A DNA stretch of 64,000 nucleotides from an uncultured Flavobacteriales bacterium (GTDB lineage: Bacteria > Bacteroidota > Bacteroidia > Flavobacteriales_D > Crocinitomicaceae): contig CALKHF010000043.1 in NCBI GenBank assembly GCA_938092255.1, positions 73 through 64,072 of the forward strand, given 5' to 3'. Both the position numbers and the translations under genes were made by a program. The notes under the pieces are model-generated. The model was not told the DNA's origin, made no database searches, and saw nothing but the letters and a program-made list of their open reading frames with translations. Below, one piece after another: positions 26,559 through 37,600 of this stretch. Within the stretch, counting starts at the first letter, position 1, and each line of letters begins with the position of its first letter.

Positions 26559-26953
26559 TAATACTTATCTATGTAAAGGGTATCCAAAACAACTACCTCA
26601 TTATTTGAGCTTGCATTTATCTCCAACAAAACCTCATCAGTACCACTAGCAACTGTTGGATTGTCTTGATAGGAGAATACTTGGTAATCACCTTTTTGTA
26701 GATATCTAAATTCAAAGCTCCCGTCAAAACTGGTCTTTACATCATCATCATAAAATGTGTTTTGTGAGCCATATATCAAATACACATCTTGATCCGCAGC
26801 TGGATACTCAAAAACACTTGTTCCAACGTGGTTTCTCTCAATGACCACACCTTTAATGGTAACGCTTCCTCCGGGACCTTCCACTTTTCTACAAGAAGAA
26901 AACACGAATAATAAAATGAAAATTGATAGAATTAACTTAATTTTATTTGACAT
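26558..26953 (-). CDS. Lipoprotein with carboxypeptidase-regulatory-like beta-sandwich pattern
   Basis: 131 aa. The lipobox is FVFSSC. The pattern GSVTIKGVV...DGSFEFRYLQKGDYQV is typical of CarboxypepD_reg-like folds. Its stop overlaps the downstream start by 1 nt. Confidence 0.58.
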   Translation of the reverse strand: MSNKIKLILSIFILLFVFSSCRKVEGPGGSVTIKGVVIERNHVGTSVFEYPAADQDVYLIYGSQNTFYDDDVKTSFDGSFEFRYLQKGDYQVFSYQDNPTVASGTDEVLLEINASSNNEVVVLDTLYIDKY

Positions 26954-27062
26954 AACTAAATTTTATGTTGTAAAGATACAACTTCAATCACAATTTGTCG
27001 TCTAAAGGGTGAGACGGAGGTGAAAACCCTTTACTATTGTGTCAACTATACTTAAATTAACT

Positions 27063-30000
27063 ATGAAATATATTTTTCTTGTTTCCACTTTATTTATTTC
27101 TCTTGGTCTATCAAGTCAGATTTTAATAAACGAATATTCCGCATCAAACATGACCGGAATAACTGATGCATTCAATGACAATGAAGATTGGGTCGAATTA
27201 TATAATACCACCGGAGCACCTGTTGATATGACAGATTGGTATTTATCCGATCGATCTGGCAATCTTTTAAAATGGCAATTTCCTGCAACTTCTGTAAATG
27301 CAAATGATCATCTTTTACTTTTTTGTAGCTCACGAGATGTTGTACAAGGAGGAGAAATACACACAAGCTTTAAGCTGTCTCAAACAGAAGGAGATTGGGT
27401 CATTTTATCCAATAATTTTGGAAACGTAGTGGATTCATTTAAAATCGTTCATTATACCAAGATAGACCATTCTGTTGGTAGATCTACAGATGGAGCCGCA
27501 GATTTTAAGCTTTTTACAAACCCCACCCCAAACTCATCAAATACAGGCGCCCAAGATTTTTATACACCGACTCCAGTTTTTGATCAAGAAGCAGGGTATT
27601 ATCCCTCGGGAATAAACGTAAGTATGAGCTGTGCCGATGCCTCAGCTCAAATAAGATATACAACAGATGGATCTGAACCCAATGCTGGTTCTACACTGTA
27701 CTCTGGCCCAATTAATGTGGCGAATACTCAGGTGGTTCGTGCTGTTGCTTTTGGAACGAATCTCCCGTCTTTTACTGAAACCAATTCCTATTTTATCAAT
27801 GTGACACATGGCTTACCCATTGTATCCGTGTGTAGTGATGAGGTATATGACCTTGTTGCGAATGGAAACCAAGGTGGTGGTTGGGGAGGAAGCCAAAATA
27901 AAATTGGTGCATTTGAGCTATTCGAGCTTGGTGGAGTTTTCATTGATGAGGGAGAGGGCGATTTCAATAAGCACGGAAATGACTCATGGGGCTACCCTCA
28001 ACGGGGATTTGATTTTATCATGAGAGATCAATTCGGTTATAATGGTGATATCGATCACCAAATTTTCCCGGAAAAAACAAGAAATGATTTTCAACGACTA
28101 ATTCTTAAGCCAGCAGCAAGTGACAACTATCCTTTTGAAGATGGTGCACATATTCGAGATGCATTTATACATATGCTTTCGATAAAAGCGAAGATGAGAT
28201 TGGACGAAAGGACTTCAAGGTCGTGTGTTCTTTATTTAAATGGGGAGTATTGGGGAGTCTATGAGATTAGAGAAAAAGCAGATGACTCTGACTACACAAA
28301 ATATTATTATGATCAAGACAAGTTTCATTTAGAATATCTAAAAACTTGGGGAGGAACTTGGCAAGATTATGGCGCCCCGAATGCACAACCCAACTGGGAT
28401 GACTTAACCAATTTTATCTTGAGTAATAATATGTCAGCTGGGCCTGACTTTGATTATGTAGACTCCAAACTAAATTGGAAATCTCTTTGCGACTATTTTA
28501 TGTTTAATTCCTATGTGGTTAATATGGATTGGCTGAATTGGAATACGGCTTGGTGGCATGGTACCGATCCTTTGGGAGACAAGAAAAAATGGCGTTACGT
28601 TCTTTGGGACATGGATGCCACATTTGGACATTATATCAATTACACAGGTATTCCTGATGTTTCCGCAAACGCAGATCCATGTAACGCAGAAAATCTACCT
28701 GATCCAGGAGGACAAGGCCATACTGACATTTTAGAAAAATTAATTGCAGAAAACCCTATAGTCGAACAATACTACGTCACTCGATATATTGATTTGGTTA
28801 ATACTTATTTCTCTTGTGACTCCATGCTTTTTCTTCTTGACAGTATGGTTAATGAAATTACCCCGGATATGGCCGGTCAGTGTGCAAAATGGGGAGGATC
28901 TGTTCCTGATTGGGAAAGCAAAGTGCAAACCCTAAGAGATTTTATCAATGCAAGATGCTTGGCACTTGAATCCGGATTGATTGATTGTTATGACCTTAAC
29001 GGACCGCATGCCACAACATTTGATGTAAGTCCTGCAAATTCTGGTGAAATAAAAGTAAACTCTGTCTGGGCACCAACGTATCCCTGGACTACGGAATATT
29101 TTGGAGGAATTGAAACCTACCTTAAAGCGAGAGCAGAACCTGGATTTGTTTTTGACCACTGGGAATATACTACAGGACCTTTAGGTTCAGCCATTACTGA
29201 GGATACCAATTCTATAGTCATAAATGCACCTGAAGACATTGTTGCCTTCTTTATCATTGACGATCCGAATTTGGATACTGATGGTGATGGTCTAACAGAC
29301 CAGGTTGAAGCGGGCATTGGAACGGATCCAACCAATCCCGATACGGATGGAGATGGAGAGAATGACGCTGATGAGATCGGAGATCCCAACAGTCCAACTG
29401 ATACGGATGGAGATGGTATTATCGATGCCCTTGAATCAAGCAACAATGATCAAGATGGAGACGGAGTTAATGATGAAGAAGATCCGGCCAATACGGATCC
29501 TTGCGTTCCTAATCCAAATGCTGGAAATTGTGACCAAGACAACGATGGTTTGACAAATGATGAGGAAATTACAGCAGGTACAGATCCCACAAACCCAGAT
29601 ACCGATGGCGATGGATATAACGATGGAGATGAATTAACCTCAGGAACTGATCCTCTTGACCCTTGTGACCCTGATGATATTCTTCCAGAATGCAATATTG
29701 ACACTGATGGTGATGGTTTAACTGATGCCCAAGAAGCAGTATTAGGAACTGATCCTAACAATGCCGATACTGATGGTGATGGTCTAACAGACGGTGCAGA
29801 ATTCAATAATGGAAGCGATCCATTAGATGGCTGCGACCCTGACGACAGTAATCCAGATTGTGCTGAAGGAGTTCACATACCCACTGGTTTTTCTCCAAAC
29901 AACATAGGCCCTGAAGAAAACAACGCGTACGGTATTATTGTTGGACAAGATGTTGCCAGCTTTCAATTTAAAATATTTGATCGATCGGGAAATATGATGT

Positions 30001-30146
30001 TTGAATCGAATGTGAAAGGGTTCAAATGGGACGGCACAAATAAGGGGCTAGATTGCAATGCTGGTGTTTATCCATACATTATGAAGGTTACTTATTTGAA
30101 TGGTACTTCAAATACCCTTTCAGGAAACATAACTCTAATTAGATAG
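27063..30146 (+). CDS. Secreted multidomain protein: lamin-tail domain, chitobiase-C-like domain, CotH kinase domain, thrombospondin type-3 Ca-binding repeats, T9SS type B CTD
   Basis: I chose the ATG at 27063 ([19 protein letters not shown] signal); the track starts at GTG 27039. The LTD reads ILINEYSA...[16 protein letters not shown]. The CotH-like core reads [29 protein letters not shown]-type repeats follow. The C-terminus reads IPTGFSPNN...[12 protein letters not shown]...WDGT...GVYPY...GNITLIR. Confidence 0.85.
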   Translation: MKYIFLVSTLFISLGLSSQILINEYSASNMTGITDAFNDNEDWVELYNTTGAPVDMTDWYLSDRSGNLLKWQFPATSVNANDHLLLFCSSRDVVQGGEIHTSFKLSQTEGDWVILSNNFGNVVDSFKIVHYTKIDHSVGRSTDGAADFKLFTNPTPNSSNTGAQDFYTPTPVFDQEAGYYPSGINVSMSCADASAQIRYTTDGSEPNAGSTLYSGPINVANTQVVRAVAFGTNLPSFTETNSYFINVTHGLPIVSVCSDEVYDLVANGNQGGGWGGSQNKIGAFELFELGGVFIDEGEGDFNKHGNDSWGYPQRGFDFIMRDQFGYNGDIDHQIFPEKTRNDFQRLILKPAASDNYPFEDGAHIRDAFIHMLSIKAKMRLDERTSRSCVLYLNGEYWGVYEIREKADDSDYTKYYYDQDKFHLEYLKTWGGTWQDYGAPNAQPNWDDLTNFILSNNMSAGPDFDYVDSKLNWKSLCDYFMFNSYVVNMDWLNWNTAWWHGTDPLGDKKKWRYVLWDMDATFGHYINYTGIPDVSANADPCNAENLPDPGGQGHTDILEKLIAENPIVEQYYVTRYIDLVNTYFSCDSMLFLLDSMVNEITPDMAGQCAKWGGSVPDWESKVQTLRDFINARCLALESGLIDCYDLNGPHATTFDVSPANSGEIKVNSVWAPTYPWTTEYFGGIETYLKARAEPGFVFDHWEYTTGPLGSAITEDTNSIVINAPEDIVAFFIIDDPNLDTDGDGLTDQVEAGIGTDPTNPDTDGDGENDADEIGDPNSPTDTDGDGIIDALESSNNDQDGDGVNDEEDPANTDPCVPNPNAGNCDQDNDGLTNDEEITAGTDPTNPDTDGDGYNDGDELTSGTDPLDPCDPDDILPECNIDTDGDGLTDAQEAVLGTDPNNADTDGDGLTDGAEFNNGSDPLDGCDPDDSNPDCAEGVHIPTGFSPNNIGPEENNAYGIIVGQDVASFQFKIFDRSGNMMFESNVKGFKWDGTNKGLDCNAGVYPYIMKVTYLNGTSNTLSGNITLIR
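29260..29865 (+). repeat. In-frame thrombospondin type-3-like (DxDxDGxxDxxE) repeat array
   Basis: The array repeats D(T/P)DGDG(L/Y/E/I)(T/N)D... units ([96 protein letters not shown]). The corresponding gatacngatggnga DNA repeats are visible. Confidence 0.85.
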
Positions 30147-30147
30147 T

Positions 30148-31170
30148 ATGAAAAGGCTTTTATTTCTCTTTTTAACATTAAGTTTTTTAGGCAATGCTCA
30201 AGATTTTCACTATTCACAATTGGATCAATCCCTTACCTTAATAAATCCAGCCACTACATCTACCTTTTCAGGTTTCGAGCGGATTACATTGCAACACAGA
30301 AACCAATGGCTCGGAGCTGGAACACAATTTATGACAAGTATGGGAATGGCAGAGTTTTCAGTTGGCAAAATTGCAAGGCAAAAAAGTGCTTATGCTGGTA
30401 TTGGTGTATACTTTTTGAACGATGTAGGAGGCGATTCAAAATTCAGTATAAAAAGTGGCGGAGTTACTGCAAGTGGCGTTTTACCAATAGCAAAAAATCA
30501 CAATATCTCGGCAGGAATACATGCTGCCTTTTCTAATAGATCTGCCGATTTCTCAAGGGTGTCATTTATGAATCAGTGGAATGGATCAGAATTTGACAAT
30601 TCTATTGATCCAGGTGAATCCAACGGGATTTCTTCTTTTTCGCATCTTGACGCAGGAATAGGCATTGCCTATGGATTTAATAAAGAAAACGAAAACACTT
30701 TATCGAGTAATGAGATGAGTTTTCAAGGAGGCGTATCTGTCCAGCATTTGAACAAACCAAAGCTGAGGTACAACTCATTAGTTGATGATAGACTTTTTAT
30801 GAAATTTTGTTTCCATGCGAATGCGCGCTATGGATTATCTTCAGAATCAAATTTAGAAGTAAGTGCTGCTCAATTTATTCAAGGAAAGCATCTTGAAACT
30901 ATGGTTGGTTTATTCTACAGGTTAAAGACCAAGAATGCTTCTAGGGTCACTTCAATTCTAAGCAATCAATACTTTGTGTTTGGAACCTATTTTAGAAGTG
31001 TTGGAACAGTGATTCCTACCATTTATTTTGACTTGGGATCCTTTAGCCTTGGTCTTTCTTATGATTATGAGTTTGGTCAGCTTTCAAGTATGTACAAGCA
31101 ATCTATTGAGGTCAGTTTAAAATTCAACTCAGGTAAAAAATCAATATTCAAAAGCTCGAAGCTTCGCTAA
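30148..31170 (+). CDS. PorP/SprF-family type IX secretion system membrane protein
   Basis: 340 aa. It has a signal peptide plus the family N-terminal motif AQDFHYSQLDQSLTLINPA, and is beta-barrel-like throughout. It starts 1 nt after the stop of the type B CTD cargo gene. Confidence 0.85.
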   Translation: MKRLLFLFLTLSFLGNAQDFHYSQLDQSLTLINPATTSTFSGFERITLQHRNQWLGAGTQFMTSMGMAEFSVGKIARQKSAYAGIGVYFLNDVGGDSKFSIKSGGVTASGVLPIAKNHNISAGIHAAFSNRSADFSRVSFMNQWNGSEFDNSIDPGESNGISSFSHLDAGIGIAYGFNKENENTLSSNEMSFQGGVSVQHLNKPKLRYNSLVDDRLFMKFCFHANARYGLSSESNLEVSAAQFIQGKHLETMVGLFYRLKTKNASRVTSILSNQYFVFGTYFRSVGTVIPTIYFDLGSFSLGLSYDYEFGQLSSMYKQSIEVSLKFNSGKKSIFKSSKLR

Positions 31171-32677
31171 TATATTTCAACCATGATTTTGCTTGGTCAG
31201 AATTTAAAACTCTCGGCATTTTATTTTGAGAGCCTATCTTTCCTATACTTTGCATGTAACCATAAAAAGTCTCTGGTGGAATAATCTTCACGTTGGGAAT
31301 TCTAAGGCTGTATTTTCTGGCTGATTTATAATCATCATTTAAGCGACAAAGGACTCCATCCAAATATTTCACCACCAATTCGACGTCAAAATCTTCATTG
31401 GGTGCACCTAAAAACCAGCTATGGCATTGATTTTCGATATCAGCATAAATTGTAAATTCTGAGAATTGAAGATTAAACTTTTTTCCCGTTTCTAATAGTC
31501 CCTGATTAATGTTTTCCAATGATAAATGTTCGCCACAAAGGCTAAGAAATTGCCTTATTCTTCCCGTAATAATAATTTCATATTCCTCGGTATCAACAAA
31601 ACGCACCAAATCTCCAATAAGGTATCTCCATAAACCTGCATTAGTTGATATCACAATTGCGTAATCCACACCCTCTTTTACCTGGCTTACGGTATATGCT
31701 TCGGCTTCTGGTTTTATTTTTCCAGATTCATCAAAATACGCTGAATTAAAGGGGATGAATTCAAAGAAAATACCATTATTCATTAAAAGCTTCATTCCCT
31801 TCCTATGACCATCACTTTGATAACCGAAATAACCTTCACTAGCCAAATAAGTATCCAAAAGATTGATCTTGTGACTAGAAATTTTATTCAACCTTTCAAG
31901 GTAAGGCTCCATAAAAACACCGCCATGAACATAAACATGAAGATTGGGCCATATGTCATGAATCGTGTCAAGTTTATAATATTCTACAATTCTTTCCATA
32001 AGCATTAAACACCAGCTTGGAATTCCGGCAATAATCCCAATATCCCATTTAGGTGCTTTCTGAACCATAATGTCAAGCTTCTTATTCCAGTCGGTCATTC
32101 CACTGATCCTAGGACCGGGTTTGGCAAATGGAGAAACAATAAATGACGTGTGTTTTTTTAATATTCCACTCAAATCTCCTTCAACATGTGTCTCCTTGTA
32201 GTTTAGCTTTGTAGAACCACCAACAGCCAATAGACTTGTATTAAAAAAAGATTGTGGTAAATCCAAACCGTGTAATAAAGACAATTGACGGATACTTGTC
32301 TTTTGAAAAGATCTGATCATTTCAACTGTTATGGGTATTCTTTTACTAGGAGACCCGGTAGTTCCCGAGGACAATGCATAATATTTTATACGTCCTCTCC
32401 AAGTATTGTCTTTTTCACCATAAAGGGAATATTTTAACCATTTATCATAAAATTCATCATAACTCGTTACCGGAAGATTTTTCTGAAATTTACTCAGCTG
32501 ATTTGAAGTTTTAAGGATCTCTTGAAAACGATGAGCCAAACCAAATTTTGTTGACTTGGCCCTAGACAGCAAATAACTCAAAACGTCAAGCTGGTGTTTG
32601 TAACCCAGCGTTTTTTTTGCGTTTTTTCTGTAACTTACTGCAGTTGTTGTCTTTAACAGTCTTCCTATTAGTGGCAT
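31148..32677 (-). CDS. GH3 (auxin-responsive promoter) family acyl-adenylate-forming enzyme
   Basis: 509 aa. It has the GH3/ANL motif LSSGTTGSPSKRIPIT and overall colinearity with bacterial GH3-family proteins. Its 3' end overlaps the convergent porP/sprF-like gene by 23 nt. Confidence 0.85.
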   Translation of the reverse strand: MPLIGRLLKTTTAVSYRKNAKKTLGYKHQLDVLSYLLSRAKSTKFGLAHRFQEILKTSNQLSKFQKNLPVTSYDEFYDKWLKYSLYGEKDNTWRGRIKYYALSSGTTGSPSKRIPITVEMIRSFQKTSIRQLSLLHGLDLPQSFFNTSLLAVGGSTKLNYKETHVEGDLSGILKKHTSFIVSPFAKPGPRISGMTDWNKKLDIMVQKAPKWDIGIIAGIPSWCLMLMERIVEYYKLDTIHDIWPNLHVYVHGGVFMEPYLERLNKISSHKINLLDTYLASEGYFGYQSDGHRKGMKLLMNNGIFFEFIPFNSAYFDESGKIKPEAEAYTVSQVKEGVDYAIVISTNAGLWRYLIGDLVRFVDTEEYEIIITGRIRQFLSLCGEHLSLENINQGLLETGKKFNLQFSEFTIYADIENQCHSWFLGAPNEDFDVELVVKYLDGVLCRLNDDYKSARKYSLRIPNVKIIPPETFYGYMQSIGKIGSQNKMPRVLNSDQAKSWLKYISEASSF

Positions 32678-32774
32678 TACTTGTATTAACTGGTAGTTTT
32701 AAACGCAAAAATAAAGATAAATATTCATCTTATTTTTCGATACTTTATCTTAACTTTGCACAAATATTAAAACC

Positions 32775-33599
32775 ATGAGTGAAAAATCATTTATCGTCCC
32801 ACATGACTTTACTCCTGTCGCTGATATCGCGCTGGAACATGCAATAGCTACAGCTAAGCCGCTTAAAGCAGAAGTTCAATTGGTTCATGTTGTATCAAAA
32901 GAAAATCAGATTCACGAAGCGAACGAAAAACTTGCATCGATTGTTGGAAAATACGATTCAAGTGGCGTTAAAATTGTTCCCAATGTTAGAATTGGTAATA
33001 TTTTTGAAGACATAGGTGATTTTGCATCTGAACATGAGGCGGAGCTTATTTTTATGGGTACCCATGGTGCTCATGGATGGCAGCACGTAACAGGTAGTCA
33101 CGCTTTAAAGGTGGTTACCAATTCTTCTGTCCCTTTTATTATCGTACAAGAAAAACTAGTTAAGCCAACAGGATACGATTCAATCGTTGTACCAATGGAC
33201 TTAAATAAAGAAACGAAACAGAAATTAACAATTGTCTCACGATTGGCTAAATATTTTGGTTCAAAAGTTCATGTTGTTATTCCAGATGAAACCGATGATT
33301 TCTTAAAGCATCAAGTAAAATCAAATATCGTTTTTGCAAACAGGTTCTTTAAAGACCGTGGAGTGGATATGACACATGCCATTATTTCTAGATCAGGCTT
33401 TGACAAAGAAGTTGTAAAATATGCAGTCTCCGTAGATGCAGATTTAATTGCAATCATGAATTTAAATAGAAGTAGCTTCTTAAATGCCCTTTCTTCAAAT
33501 TACGAACAATACATCATTACAAATGACGCTTTAATCCCGGCTTTAATTGTGAATCCCGTTTACAAAGAAGGCTACGGTCAAAGTATTCTTTTTAGCTAG
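32775..33599 (+). CDS. Universal stress protein, tandem Usp domains
   Basis: 274 aa in two Usp-like halves (IVPHDFTPVAD...LVHVV...LIFMGTHG and IVVPMDL...ADLIAIM). A TAACTTTG motif (32751..32758) sits 17 nt upstream of the start. Confidence 0.8.
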   Translation: MSEKSFIVPHDFTPVADIALEHAIATAKPLKAEVQLVHVVSKENQIHEANEKLASIVGKYDSSGVKIVPNVRIGNIFEDIGDFASEHEAELIFMGTHGAHGWQHVTGSHALKVVTNSSVPFIIVQEKLVKPTGYDSIVVPMDLNKETKQKLTIVSRLAKYFGSKVHVVIPDETDDFLKHQVKSNIVFANRFFKDRGVDMTHAIISRSGFDKEVVKYAVSVDADLIAIMNLNRSSFLNALSSNYEQYIITNDALIPALIVNPVYKEGYGQSILFS

Positions 33600-33604
33600 A
33601 ATAA

Positions 33605-34603
33605 GTGGCTCAATATACAGCGCTCAAAGACTTTCTTCATTCTCAACAACCCTCCGATCACGATCAAAGTGATCTTTCCAAGGTTTTATTGGATCTCGCC
33701 GAAGCGAGTAAAATCGTTAGTAAAGATGTTTGCAGAGCAGGACTTGTTGATGGCTTTTTAGGAGCTCAAGGAGGCCAAAATGTTCAAGGGGAGGAACAAC
33801 AAAAATTAGATGTAATAGCTGACAATGCATTCATTGATTTATTAGAAAAAGGCGGTGCCGTTTGTGGAATTGCATCAGAAGAAAATGAAGATTTTGTATC
33901 GTTTGATAACGACAAATCTCGTTCAGGTCAATATGTTGTACTTTTTGACCCACTTGATGGCTCAAGTAATATTGACGTCAACGTATCAATAGGAACCATT
34001 TTCTCTATATACAAAAGAATTTCTGCTACAAACGAAGCGGCTACTATTGATGATATGCTTCAAAAAGGCACTGAACAGGTCGCTGCAGGATACGTCCTTT
34101 ATGGCTCTTCAACCATGCTGGTATATACCTCAGGTCAAGGCGTAAATGGATTTACATTGGATCCTTCTAGTGATGAGTTTTGCTTGTCCCATGCAGATAT
34201 GAAAATGCCAATAAAAGGAAGGTATTATGCCATGAATGAAGGGAATATTAATGAGTGTAATCCAAAAATTATCGATTACATCAAATATTGTCAAAGCAGA
34301 GATAATGATTACGGCAGCCCTTATTCGGGAAGATACATAGGATCGCTAGTTGCAGACTTTCATAGAAACCTCATAAAAGGAGGGATATATATCTATCCAT
34401 GTACCATCAATGCCCCAGAAGGGCGATTAAGACTGTTATACGAATGTAATCCCCTTGCATTTATCTCTGAACAGGCTGGAGGCATGTCTTCAACAGGTAC
34501 AACACGGATAATGGAAATCAAACCTGATAAGCTACACGAACGCGTTGCTTTTTTTACAGGATCTAAATCAATGGTCGAAAAAGCGATGGGTTTTTTGAAA
34601 TGA
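33605..34603 (+). CDS. fbp: Fructose-1,6-bisphosphatase class I
   Basis: 332 aa with a GTG start. Conserved blocks are DPLDGSSNIDVNVSIGTIFSIY, GYVLYGSSTMLVYT and RLLYECNPLAFI. Confidence 0.92.
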   Translation: MAQYTALKDFLHSQQPSDHDQSDLSKVLLDLAEASKIVSKDVCRAGLVDGFLGAQGGQNVQGEEQQKLDVIADNAFIDLLEKGGAVCGIASEENEDFVSFDNDKSRSGQYVVLFDPLDGSSNIDVNVSIGTIFSIYKRISATNEAATIDDMLQKGTEQVAAGYVLYGSSTMLVYTSGQGVNGFTLDPSSDEFCLSHADMKMPIKGRYYAMNEGNINECNPKIIDYIKYCQSRDNDYGSPYSGRYIGSLVADFHRNLIKGGIYIYPCTINAPEGRLRLLYECNPLAFISEQAGGMSSTGTTRIMEIKPDKLHERVAFFTGSKSMVEKAMGFLK

Positions 34604-34604
34604 T

Positions 34605-37600
34605 ATGAGTTTAAATTCATTCATAGGACATCTTCAAAATCATCCAGAAATTAATCTTTCTGCCCAAAAATTATCACAAGACAAAACAAAAATTCATTGG
34701 ACTGGAATTTTCGGGTCTGCCAAAAGTATTTTTGCATCAGGAGTGGCTCAACAATGTCCAGGACATCACGTTTTTGTGCTGAATGACAAGGAAGAGGCAG
34801 CTTATTTTTTAAATGATCTTCAGGGGCTATATCCGGAAGATCCGCGGCTCGTATTTTATCCAGCATCCTATAAAGTTCCTTATCAAATCGAAGAAGTTGA
34901 TAATGCAAACGTGGTGGCACGAACAGAAGCACTAAAAAAATTAAGCATCCAAGAAAATTGCTGGATTGTCACTTACCCAGATGCTTTATTTGAAAAGGTG
35001 CTCACCAAAAAGAAATTGGTTTCCAACACCATGAAAATTGAAGTTGATAAAACCTACTCTTTAGACTTTATAAACGAATTATTGCTTGACTATCATTTTG
35101 AACGTGTCAACTACGTTTATGAACCTGGACAATTTTCCATTCGTGGGGGAATTGTAGATGTCTTTTCTTTTGGAAATGACACACCTTTTAGGATTGAATT
35201 TTTTGGCAACGAGGTGGAGTCTATTCGGACTTTTGATGCAGCTGATCAACTTTCAATCAACAGCCACAAATTTTTTAGTATCGTTCCAAATATTCAAGGG
35301 GCGATGATTTTGGATGGTATGGATTCATTTTTTCAATACCTCAATGGTGACATCACCATATGGACAGAATCGATTGAAAGAGCATTAGCTTCACTCAAAA
35401 AAGAATTTGATAAAGCCCACAAGATTTATGAAACATTAGATCACGAGATTAAAAAAACACTCCCCTCTGATTTATTCATAAATGACAAAGACTTCATCCT
35501 AAATCTAGAAAACTTCAAGGTTGTAGAGATGGGAACACAATCCTATTTTAAAGATGCCACTGCCGTAAACTTTGAGCTTTTACCTCAACCTAGCTTCAAT
35601 AAAAATTTCAATTTACTTATTGAGGATTTGGGTGAAAATCAGAAAAACAAGTTCCAAAACTATATTTTTTCAAATCAGCCCAAGCAGATTGAGAGGTTGT
35701 ATCAAATCTTTGAGGATATTGGAGGCGATGTTGCCTTCACTCCCATAAATTCTGCGTTACATGAAGGGTTTATTTGTAAAACACTAAAAATAGTTTGTTA
35801 TACCGATCATCAGCTGTTTGAAAGATACCATAGATTTAGGTTAAAAGAAGGATTTAGAAAGGCTAAACAGGCGCTTACATTAAAAGAAATCTACAACCTG
35901 CAAAAAGGAGATTATGTAACCCACATCGATCATGGTGTTGGACAATTCTCAGGACTTGAGACCATAGATGTCAATAATAAAAAACAGGAAGCTATTCGTC
36001 TTATTTATAAGGACGGTGACGTATTATACGTTGGCATACATTCATTACACAGAATATCAAAATTTACGGGTAAAGAGGGTTCGGTTCCCAAGATGAATAA
36101 GCTGGGTACACAATCTTGGAATACCCTTAAGACAAAAACAAAAAAGAAAATAAAAGAGTTGGCCTTTGATTTGATAAAGCTTTATGCAAAGCGAAAAAAT
36201 CAACCTGGCTATCCATTTGCTGAAGACACATACCTTCAAAATGAATTGGAAGCCTCGTTTATTTTCGAAGATACGCCCGATCAGTTTAAGGCAACACAAG
36301 ATGTAAAGAAAGACATGGAATCCAAAACTCCAATGGATCGACTGATTTGTGGAGATGTTGGATTTGGAAAAACAGAGGTGGCAATAAGAGCCGCTTTTAA
36401 GGCTGTTACTGACAGTAAACAAGTAGCAGTTCTAGTACCCACAACCATTTTATCTTTACAGCACTTCAGAAGCTTTAAAGAACGTCTAAGTGAGTTTCCA
36501 TGTAACATTGATTATATCAATCGATTTAAAAGTGCAAAAGAAACCACCAAAACAATCGAAAAAATAAAATCGGGAGAGATTGATATTCTCATCGGAACCC
36601 ACGCCATTGTATCAGACCGTATCAAATTCAAAGATTTAGGTCTAATGATTATTGATGAAGAACAAAAATTTGGAGTTGCTGTAAAAGACAAGCTTAAAAC
36701 CATGCGTACCAGTGTGGACACCCTTACCCTAACAGCTACACCAATACCTCGAACATTACAATTCTCTTTGATGGGGGCACGTGACTTAAGTATTATCAAT
36801 ACCCCCCCACCCAATAGGCAGCCTGTTTTAACAGAAATCATATCGTTGAATGAAGAAACGATTAGAGATGCGATTTCTTATGAAGTTTCAAGAGGTGGCC
36901 AGGTGTTTTTTGTAAACAACCGCATTGCCAATATTCAGGAAATTGCAGGCATGATTCAACGACTTTGTCCTGGTGTTCGTGTAGGTATTGGACATGGGCA
37001 AATGGATGGAAAGGTTCTTGAACAAAATATGCTCAACTTTATCAAAGGTGCATATGATGTATTGATTGCTACTACCATCATTGAGTCAGGTATTGATATT
37101 TCTAATGCCAATACGATTATTATAAATAATGCACACAACTTTGGCCTTAGTGATTTGCATCAACTCAGAGGAAGGGTTGGAAGAAGCAATAAAAAGGCAT
37201 TCTGCTATTTAATTGCACCCAAGTTTAGCCTCCTCTCATCAGAAGCTAGAAAGAGGCTTGAGGCGCTCGTTCAATTTACAGATCTGGGATCAGGATTCAA
37301 CATTGCTATGAAGGATTTAGATATCCGAGGGGCAGGAAATATGCTTGGCGGTGAGCAAAGCGGATTTATCTCCGAAATCGGTTTTGAGATGTATCAAAAA
37401 ATACTCAATGAGGCCATGAAAGAGCTTAGAGATGATGAATTCAAGGACCTGTTTAACGAGAGAACCACGGATCAGATGACCTCTTATTCTGAAGATTGTA
37501 TTTTTGAAACCGATTATGAGGTAAGAATTCCTGACTATTATGTCAATGACGTTTCTGAGCGATTAAGCCTATATCAAGAGCTTGACCGTATAGAATCAAT

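Noticed and set aside
29117-29806. Two minus-strand Ser/Pro-rich ORFs (109 and 118 aa)
   Set aside because: They are antisense shadows of the in-frame DTDGDG (gat/ggt-rich) TSP3 repeat array of the CotH protein. The low-complexity SPSPSVS translation is the expected artefact.
29260-29865. Short DNA repeats that could superficially look like a CRISPR or tandem-repeat locus (also 61269..61520)
   Set aside because: The repeats are in frame within long ORFs and encode Ca-binding TSP3 motifs and collagen G-X-Y triplets. There are no uniform repeat/spacer units, no leader, and no cas genes.
36057-36841. Three minus-strand ORFs of 75-121 aa
   Set aside because: They lie inside mfd, antisense to its helicase motifs. 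No independent support exists.
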